Source: an uncultured virus (IMG/VR IMGVR_UViG_3300035698_010745)
Lineage: Duplodnaviria > Heunggongvirae > Uroviricota > Caudoviricetes
Strand: one strand, 5' to 3'
DNA length: 28,061 bases
Virus record (IMG/VR): IMGVR_UViG_3300035698_010745
Shown: one piece after another, positions 22,115 to 28,061 of the stretch
Layout of the letters: each line of letters opens with the position of its first letter
Numbering within the stretch: position 1 is the first letter of the stretch
Translations under genes and position numbers: made by a program
The notes under the pieces: model-generated
What the model saw: the letters and a program-made list of their open reading frames with translations, nothing else
Databases searched by the model: none
What the model was told of the DNA's origin: nothing

Positions 22115-22257
22115 GGAAGCAACTAAAGAAGAAAAAGAGAAGCTGCGCCCTTTGCAAGCCGTTTAAGATGGCAAAAGCGAATAGATGGTCCTTGAAAGAC
22201 AAGGATGCGTTGAAGCGGGATGAGGCAGAGATAAGGGAAGAACAACGCCGCAACTAA
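22111..22257 (+). CDS. small basic protein (48 aa) with CALCKP motif
   Basis: ATGA overlap with the release factor stop. Confidence 0.6.
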   Translation: MRKQLKKKKRSCALCKPFKMAKANRWSLKDKDALKRDEAEIREEQRRN

Positions 22258-22268
22258 GGAGGTGCACG

Positions 22269-22934
22269 ATGACAGCGGCAGCAACACTGGCACAGAACAA
22301 CAGGGTTTTGGTGCTAAACAAGAACTGGCAACCGGTCAATGTGATGAGCGTTTTGGGCGCGATTCATAAGGTCTGGAAAGAGCGGGCAAAATTCGTAGAC
22401 CCAGAGACGTACGCTACGTACGATTTCGAAAGTTGGGTGACGAACTGGGATGACGCTATTCGTTATTCGCGAATCGCGGAAGACCGTATTGTGCCTGGTG
22501 CCGGGTTCTCTTTGGTGTTGCCGGAGGTTGTCGTTTGCACCGAGTACGGCGGGTTTCAGTCCTGTGTGTCTCGTCGCAGGCCGAAGTTCAGCCGGACGAA
22601 CATTTACCGGCGGGACAAGAAAACCTGTCAGTATTGTGGCCGCAAGCACAAGATGGCCGACTTGACGATGGAGCACGTGGTTCCGAAGTCTCAGGGTGGC
22701 GAGATGACTTGGGAGAACATTGCGTTGGCTTGCTTTAACTGTAACCAGAAGAAGCGGGACAGGACGCCTCGGCAAGCGGGGATGCGGTTGATTCGTCGGC
22801 CTTTCCGTCCGACGGCCCAGGATATGGCTGTTACGCCGATGGAGCGGTTGCAGCGCAAGATTGGCGGGAATGCGCCCAAGACCTGGGAAGCGTTCCTGGG
22901 CAAGATGTACATGAATGTCGAGCTGAAGGACTAG
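22269..22934 (+). CDS. HNH endonuclease (McrA-like)
   Basis: VLVLN...FSRTNIYRRD..TCQYCG...EHVVPKSQGG..WENIALACFNCN..K; AAGGAGG RBS. Confidence 0.9.
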   Translation: MTAAATLAQNNRVLVLNKNWQPVNVMSVLGAIHKVWKERAKFVDPETYATYDFESWVTNWDDAIRYSRIAEDRIVPGAGFSLVLPEVVVCTEYGGFQSCVSRRRPKFSRTNIYRRDKKTCQYCGRKHKMADLTMEHVVPKSQGGEMTWENIALACFNCNQKKRDRTPRQAGMRLIRRPFRPTAQDMAVTPMERLQRKIGGNAPKTWEAFLGKMYMNVELKD

Positions 22935-22957
22935 ATTCGGTACAATTAGGAGGATTC

Positions 22958-22993
22958 AAGGCCCCCGGAGGGAAACTTCTGGGGGCCTTTTTT
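22958..22993 (+). terminator. intrinsic terminator
   Basis: AAGGCCCCCGGAGG-GAAA-CTTCTGGGGGCCTT followed by a T run. Confidence 0.88.
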
Positions 22994-23018
22994 GTGTTCG
23001 GAGCGTATATAATGGGAC

Positions 23019-23948
23019 ATGAGGAATGTCTCTGAAAAGCATCTTCGACTACTTTTAGCCGGAGCCGAGTTTGTCAATGGCACACAGCGTGATGGATGGG
23101 GGACAAATCTTCAAGCCCTAGTTACTTTTATGGAGAATAATGGCAAGTTGCCGCGACAAAGGTCGAAACACCGGGAAGAAAGAAGAATGGGGAATTGGTG
23201 TGCTCTCCAGCGGAAGAGACACAAGAGAGGAGACTTATCTGACGAAAAGGTTGGAGCCCTGAATTCGCATCCTTGGTGGCAGTGGGATTCTCGAAAAACC
23301 GGAGATTTGGAGTGGATTGAGATTCTTTGTCGGATTGATGTTCTGGGGCGGCTTCCTTCTCGTTATTCCAAAGATGAAGGAGAAAGGTTTTTGGGGAAAT
23401 GGTGTTCCCGCCAAAGGACGAGGCACAAGGGAGGGGTGCTGTCTCCCCGTCGGACATCTCTCCTTGAGACCAGGGGGTGGTGGAAATGGGACGATGGCAT
23501 AGACTGGGATGCCCATCTGGAAATGATGTGTGCGAGGATTAAGGATTTTGCCTCAAAAGAGGGGAGACTTCCGGCCATTTCTGGGCCAGAAGACGAAGCT
23601 GATATGATGAAATGGATTTATGAACAGAAAAGGAAGCAGTCGAACGGGAGGCTATCCAGAAAGAGGGCGGATGCGTTGCGAGATGTGGAGATAGAACTGC
23701 GAGGCATGGGGATAGCGTCGCAACAACCCTATCGGGATGGGTGGCATAAAGATTTCAAGTTGGTCAGGGTTTTTGTTCGGGAACATGCGAAGTTTCCTTC
23801 TAGGTGTTCCAAGGACTCCGAAGAGAAACGGATGGGGAATTGGTGTCACACCCAAAGAAAGGCTTTTAAGGGCCAAGACGGGCGCAAAATAATACGTGAA
23901 CGGGTTAAGTTGCTTGAGTCTATCCCCGGTTGGTACTGGAGTAAATAA
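23019..23948 (+). CDS. helicase-associated (HA) repeat protein
   Basis: Repeats of W...F...G.LP.....E..MG.WC..QR...L....W.W. Confidence 0.8.
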   Translation: MRNVSEKHLRLLLAGAEFVNGTQRDGWGTNLQALVTFMENNGKLPRQRSKHREERRMGNWCALQRKRHKRGDLSDEKVGALNSHPWWQWDSRKTGDLEWIEILCRIDVLGRLPSRYSKDEGERFLGKWCSRQRTRHKGGVLSPRRTSLLETRGWWKWDDGIDWDAHLEMMCARIKDFASKEGRLPAISGPEDEADMMKWIYEQKRKQSNGRLSRKRADALRDVEIELRGMGIASQQPYRDGWHKDFKLVRVFVREHAKFPSRCSKDSEEKRMGNWCHTQRKAFKGQDGRKIIRERVKLLESIPGWYWSK

Positions 23949-23951
23949 TTT

Positions 23952-23977
23952 CAGAATCCAGGGCCTGTTGTGCAATG
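23952..23977 (+). promoter_or_regulatory. CAGAAT-N14-GCAATG motif (copy 10)
   Basis: Exact motif. Confidence 0.75.
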
Positions 23978-23995
23978 TAGGAGTAGGAGGATGAT

Positions 23996-26107
23996 ATGTG
24001 TGTTATCGAAGAGGCATTCCGAGTCGCAAGCAAATCCGCAGTGAACGGTAAATTCCTAAATTCAACGGATACCGGCACGTACAACAATGCTGGAATATTC
24101 GAGTGCTCCATGAAAGAGCATCAGCGGGACCTGTATAACGCCCATGCCTTCTCTCCATTTCTTGTCTACTTGTCTCCGACAGGGTCTGGCAAGTCAACTG
24201 CCGTCAGGTTTTGCCTCATTCCCCGAATCCTAGAAGACCCCAACCAGAAGGTGGTTATTGCCATACCGACATTGGCGAACGCGGTCCCATTTCGGGACGT
24301 TATCCTAATATTTGATGACGGTAGCCGGATGCGATGGTCGCCCGGCGTTGACTTGTGTAAGGGGGCCAACAACGAGAAGGGTAAGATTCAAACCCTTGTC
24401 GATTTCCTGAAGCAGAAGAAGTTTAACAAGAGCCCGACGTTCCGAATCGCGATTTGTAGCCATGTCACCTTGGCTGGCGCTGACAAGGCCCTTCGGAAAG
24501 AAGGGGCATCCGTTCGTGGTAAAGCCTACAGAAATACGAATATCGTGGTCGATGAAGCTCACCACGTCAAAGACCATGAAACAGAGCGTAACCAGATAGG
24601 GAATCTGGCAGACTTCCTTGTGTCAAATCGAAAGACCATACCCGGAGCATCCTTGTGGTTGGTTACAGCTACGTGGATGAGGGGTGATTGCCTCTCTATC
24701 GTGTCCCCCACAAACAGGGACGTGTTCGACTGCCACGAACTGCCAATGGATGAGCATTGGAATAATAACTTCAAGTACCTCAAGGAATATCAGTATGGCT
24801 TTGTCCACTATACAGGCGAGCCGTTCTCTGCGATTACTTCCGCATTCAAGGTGAGCCGTGGAAAGACCATTATCTATTGCCCGCCGAATGGAAGCCGATT
24901 GACGAATCGGCACACAAACGGGTGCAAGTTGGCATTTCGCAGACACTTGAAGAGGGCCACTGAGAAGGCGTGGCCCGGTGTCAGGATTCTGGATTTGGTT
25001 GATGAAGCGGGGCGTGATGGCCGGAAGGAAAATATCCTGACAGTACCAGCCGTGATGGCAAAGGATGTGGATGTGGTATTCGCAGTGGCCATGTTTGATG
25101 AGGGTGTTGATTGGCCGGAGGCCGAGCAGGTCTTTGATTTGTCCCCGAGCGGTTCCAACCGCATCCATGCACAGCGGAATGGACGACTGACCCGTGACAT
25201 TCCGGGGAAGGAAAAGATTTCCTACCTTGTTTTCCTGCCAACGTGCATCGAAGAGATAATGGACCGCGAGCTACACCGTCGGTATCTAAACATGACCCAT
25301 GCCGCGTTGAATTCTTCGTACTTGATGGAGGATTGGTTTCATCCTGCCAAAATAACGGAAAAGTCTCGGAATGGGCATCCGGTTGACAAATCGGAGGCTG
25401 TCAACTGGTTCAGGGAAGAGGTCCCGGATTACAATGACCGGTCTGACTTGCTGGAAAAAGTAGAAAGCGAACTCCTGAGTTTGCGCGGATTGGGCAAAGT
25501 GGCCAAATCCCGTATCAGGAGAACCATCACGGGGGTGGTTGAGGATTTCGGAGTAGAGCATGTGGACGCCATCGTCCGTCAGATAACCTTGATGTTCCGG
25601 CGCAGGACACTGGCCGTTGGGGAAGACATGGGGTGGGCCGTGGACGCCGGTTTCGACGAGCTATGGGATGACAGCATTCTTGATGGGATGTTGACGTTCA
25701 TTGCAAATAGCTGTGGCATCAAGACATTTGCCAAGTACCGAAAAATAAGTGCCGAATACTGGGAACACATTTGGGAACAGAACATGGGTGACTATGAGGC
25801 GTTTCTGAAGAGGGGTGGCCGTCGCCCCCGTATCAACGCCAAGAGTAAGAAGGAAGCCAAGTTGGCAAAGTGGTTTGAGGGTGAAATGCGGAAGAAGGAA
25901 CTACGGAGCGAGAACAATTTGGTTGTGTCCAAGATTGCGGCTTACAAGAAGGCTCATGGCCGTTTTCCAGGGCGGAGCACTAAAGACCCGGATGATGACC
26001 GTCGCAACCTTGGGAAGGCGTACTTCGCTTTGCGGGATGAATACAAGGGAGGCACGATGTCGGATGAGCGGGTTGACAAGCTGAAGAAGGCATTCGGTTG
26101 GAAATAG
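23996..26107 (+). CDS. superfamily 2 (DEAH) helicase with C-terminal HA-like repeats
   Basis: SPTGSGKS (I), VVDEAHH (II), TAT (III), FDEGVD (V), QRNGRLTR (VI). Confidence 0.88.
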   Translation: MCVIEEAFRVASKSAVNGKFLNSTDTGTYNNAGIFECSMKEHQRDLYNAHAFSPFLVYLSPTGSGKSTAVRFCLIPRILEDPNQKVVIAIPTLANAVPFRDVILIFDDGSRMRWSPGVDLCKGANNEKGKIQTLVDFLKQKKFNKSPTFRIAICSHVTLAGADKALRKEGASVRGKAYRNTNIVVDEAHHVKDHETERNQIGNLADFLVSNRKTIPGASLWLVTATWMRGDCLSIVSPTNRDVFDCHELPMDEHWNNNFKYLKEYQYGFVHYTGEPFSAITSAFKVSRGKTIIYCPPNGSRLTNRHTNGCKLAFRRHLKRATEKAWPGVRILDLVDEAGRDGRKENILTVPAVMAKDVDVVFAVAMFDEGVDWPEAEQVFDLSPSGSNRIHAQRNGRLTRDIPGKEKISYLVFLPTCIEEIMDRELHRRYLNMTHAALNSSYLMEDWFHPAKITEKSRNGHPVDKSEAVNWFREEVPDYNDRSDLLEKVESELLSLRGLGKVAKSRIRRTITGVVEDFGVEHVDAIVRQITLMFRRRTLAVGEDMGWAVDAGFDELWDDSILDGMLTFIANSCGIKTFAKYRKISAEYWEHIWEQNMGDYEAFLKRGGRRPRINAKSKKEAKLAKWFEGEMRKKELRSENNLVVSKIAAYKKAHGRFPGRSTKDPDDDRRNLGKAYFALRDEYKGGTMSDERVDKLKKAFGWK

Positions 26108-26108
26108 C

Positions 26109-27248
26109 ATGAAGAACATACCCGAAAAGCATTTGAGGCTGCTGCTGGCTGGGGCAGAGTTCGGCGAGACTCAGGACCCTGACCAGAGATGGGAGGAGAT
26201 TTTCGGAAAGGTGAAAGAATTCAGGGATGTCCACAATAAATTTCCTTCGCGTTATTCAAAACAACCGGGAGAAAAGAGGTTGGGAAGATGGTGTCACAGT
26301 CAGAAGAATGCTCGTAGGGGGACCAGAGGGACAATTACCGATGATAGAATTAAGCAACTTGAATCTATTGATGGATGGTTGTGGAACTCGGATTTTGATG
26401 GCAGATGGAAAGAAAATCTTTACAAGGTCATAGCATTTCAGAATGAGCATGGAAGATTCCCTTTCGACTCTGGAAAAGACCGGGAGCAACAACGATTGGC
26501 ACGATGGATGCAGAACCAAAAAAAATCTAAGAAAGGTAGAGGGGGTAAGATGACTCCCGAAAGGATAAAGGACCTTGAGTCTCTTTCTGGTTGGAACTGG
26601 GAATCGGATGACTCCGATAGGCGATGGCAAGAATCATTTGAAAGGGTTAAGAGGAACGGAATCCCTTCCTTGTCCTCAAAGAATCAGAAAGAACGTAAAT
26701 TATCAATATGGTGTAATTCCCAGAGGCAGGCTAGAACGGGTTCAAATGCCGGTAAGATGACTCCCGATAGAATTAAGCAACTTGAATCTATTGATGGATG
26801 GTTGTGGGAAAATGACTTTGATGACAGGTGGCAGGACAATCTTGATAAGGTCAGAACATTTCAGAATAAGCATTGCCGGGTTCCTTCGGTGAGGTCAAAG
26901 AATCAGGAAGAAAAGAGATTGGGTAAATGGTGTTATCATCAGAAAAGAGCCTTGGCAGGTGGCCATTACAAGACAACTCCTGATAGAGTCAAAGCTCTTG
27001 AATCCATACCGGGTTGGACATGGAAAAATGACTTTGATGACAGGTGGCAGGACAATCTTGATAAAGTCAGGACATTTCGGAATGAACACGGAAGGTTGCC
27101 ACGTCACCACAAAGACCCAGAAGAGCGACGATTAGTATGTTGGTGTCGAGGTCAAAGGTGTGCCTATTTGGGCAATAGTCATTACAAGACGACGCCCGAG
27201 CGAATCAAGGCCCTTGAAGCAATCGAAGGCTGGTACTGGAGCAAATAA
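26109..27248 (+). CDS. helicase-associated (HA) repeat protein, five repeats
   Basis: Five ~70-aa repeats ending RIK.LESI.GW.W. Confidence 0.82.
   Translation: MKNIPEKHLRLLLAGAEFGETQDPDQRWEEIFGKVKEFRDVHNKFPSRYSKQPGEKRLGRWCHSQKNARRGTRGTITDDRIKQLESIDGWLWNSDFDGRWKENLYKVIAFQNEHGRFPFDSGKDREQQRLARWMQNQKKSKKGRGGKMTPERIKDLESLSGWNWESDDSDRRWQESFERVKRNGIPSLSSKNQKERKLSIWCNSQRQARTGSNAGKMTPDRIKQLESIDGWLWENDFDDRWQDNLDKVRTFQNKHCRVPSVRSKNQEEKRLGKWCYHQKRALAGGHYKTTPDRVKALESIPGWTWKNDFDDRWQDNLDKVRTFRNEHGRLPRHHKDPEERRLVCWCRGQRCAYLGNSHYKTTPERIKALEAIEGWYWSK
26343..27064 (+). repeat. exact intragenic direct repeats
   Basis: 42 bp at 26343-26384 = 26766-26807; 40 bp at 26809-26848 = 27025-27064. Confidence 0.85.
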
Positions 27249-27251
27249 TTT

Positions 27252-27277
27252 CAGAATCCCCGGCCCCTGTCGCAATG
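27252..27277 (+). promoter_or_regulatory. CAGAAT-N14-GCAATG motif (copy 11)
   Basis: Exact motif; ATG begins 7 nt after it. Confidence 0.75.
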
Positions 27278-27284
27278 AATGATT

Positions 27285-28034
27285 ATGAAGAGACGTCAAA
27301 CATGGGATAATCGGTCGAACTACGACAAGCATCCCGACTGGGACACTCCAGGTAAGCTGGAAGCCCGCAGAATGTCTGTAGTCAAGTCCTATCGCCTTCT
27401 GACGGGTAATCAGTCCCTTCCCAAGGGCAAGCAACACTGGACGATGTGTGGAGCCCATTACAAGGACGTGGACGGTATGTTGTCTCCTATCTCCGGCGAA
27501 CTTGGCCAGCTTGTAGAGGAGGGCCTGATTACGCCCGACCAGTGGCGGGGTGTAGACCGGAAAGACGAAGTCATTGATGCCAACCGAAAATTCTATCCCG
27601 ATGTGTGGTGGGGATGTGGCTTCTTCGATGAGGTAATGAAGGAGGAATGCGTCAATGGCCGGTTCAATCCTGGCCTTATCAACTATGATGGAATAATGGG
27701 GCCGAAGCTCGGTATTTCCTATATCAAACAGATTTTTGAGCTGATTGATTACGATGTCTGTGGGGCATTGGTCTTGGTGGCCAATTTCGTTATACGGAAT
27801 CCATATCGCCCGAACCTCAATTCCGACCCGATGGATGTTATCAGGCGTTGGCTAAAGAAGGAATGCCGCTTGGCCGACCATTGGTCCATTTGCCCGGTGT
27901 ATTGGGGATACAAGGGCGGGGCGAGTGCTCATAGTGTTTCTGGGATGGGGACATTCATGTTTGTGAAGGCCGAACATGATGGGATTCCCCAATTCACGCC
28001 GGGTCGGGAGATAATGATGAAGGCATTGCCATGA
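27285..28034 (+). CDS. hypothetical protein (possible degenerate Rossmann/methyltransferase-like fold)
   Basis: Long ORF; WRGVDR..EVI..N and LINYDG segments are only weakly suggestive. Confidence 0.7.
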   Translation: MKRRQTWDNRSNYDKHPDWDTPGKLEARRMSVVKSYRLLTGNQSLPKGKQHWTMCGAHYKDVDGMLSPISGELGQLVEEGLITPDQWRGVDRKDEVIDANRKFYPDVWWGCGFFDEVMKEECVNGRFNPGLINYDGIMGPKLGISYIKQIFELIDYDVCGALVLVANFVIRNPYRPNLNSDPMDVIRRWLKKECRLADHWSICPVYWGYKGGASAHSVSGMGTFMFVKAEHDGIPQFTPGREIMMKALP

Positions 28035-28061
28035 GGAATATCCCTGATAAGTATTACTTCA
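28031..28061 (+). CDS. 5' end of a probable further HA-protein paralog (truncated by window)
   Basis: MRNIPDKYYF resembles the MRNVSEKHL and MKNIPEKHL starts; ATGA overlap. Confidence 0.45.
   Translation, partial: MRNIPDKYYF

Noticed and set aside
927..27458. Long minus-strand ORFs (e.g. 927-1868, 8470-9324, 16672-17481, 19914-20714)
   Set aside because: They are shadows of + strand genes with recognisable motifs or RBSs; only 6770-7456 is credible
1..28061. CRISPR array
   Set aside because: No regularly spaced direct repeats with unique spacers; the recurring motif is dispersed and bipartite
1..28061. Stop-codon reassignment, suggested by the release factor and tRNAs
   Set aside because: Long genes are intact in code 11, all three stops end genes at sensible places, and no suppressor tRNA is seen

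Overview
A gene-dense window coded almost entirely on the + strand, most consistent with a large (jumbo-type) bacteriophage genome using the standard genetic code. It has many short hypothetical ORFs and a tRNA array (fMet plus 10 elongator tRNAs restricted to Thr, Gly, Arg and Trp). Translation- and proteostasis-related genes include a Thermotoga-type RNase Z, a release-factor-like protein, ClpS and an intein-split subtilase. There are also several HNH and Vsr-like endonucleases, a DUF4942 methyltransferase and an SF2 helicase flanked by helicase-associated-repeat proteins. The top finding is an unannotated 30-aa leader peptide (4520-4612) followed by a 1:2/2:3/3:4 attenuator, upstream of the tRNA array. 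Its 15-codon core uses only Arg/Thr/Gly/Trp codons and contains a codon read by each of the 10 downstream tRNAs, which suggests a ribosome-based sensor that switches the array on when those tRNAs are depleted. Other highlights are a prfB-style CTT-TGA-C +1 frameshift in an RF1-type (PxT/GGQ) factor, several anticodon-less or enlarged tRNA-like RNAs, an endonuclease cassette inserted in tRNA-Arg with a 20-bp duplication, and an 11-copy CAGAAT-N14-GCAATG promoter-like motif. All calls come from reading the sequence by eye; no searches or folding programs were run.
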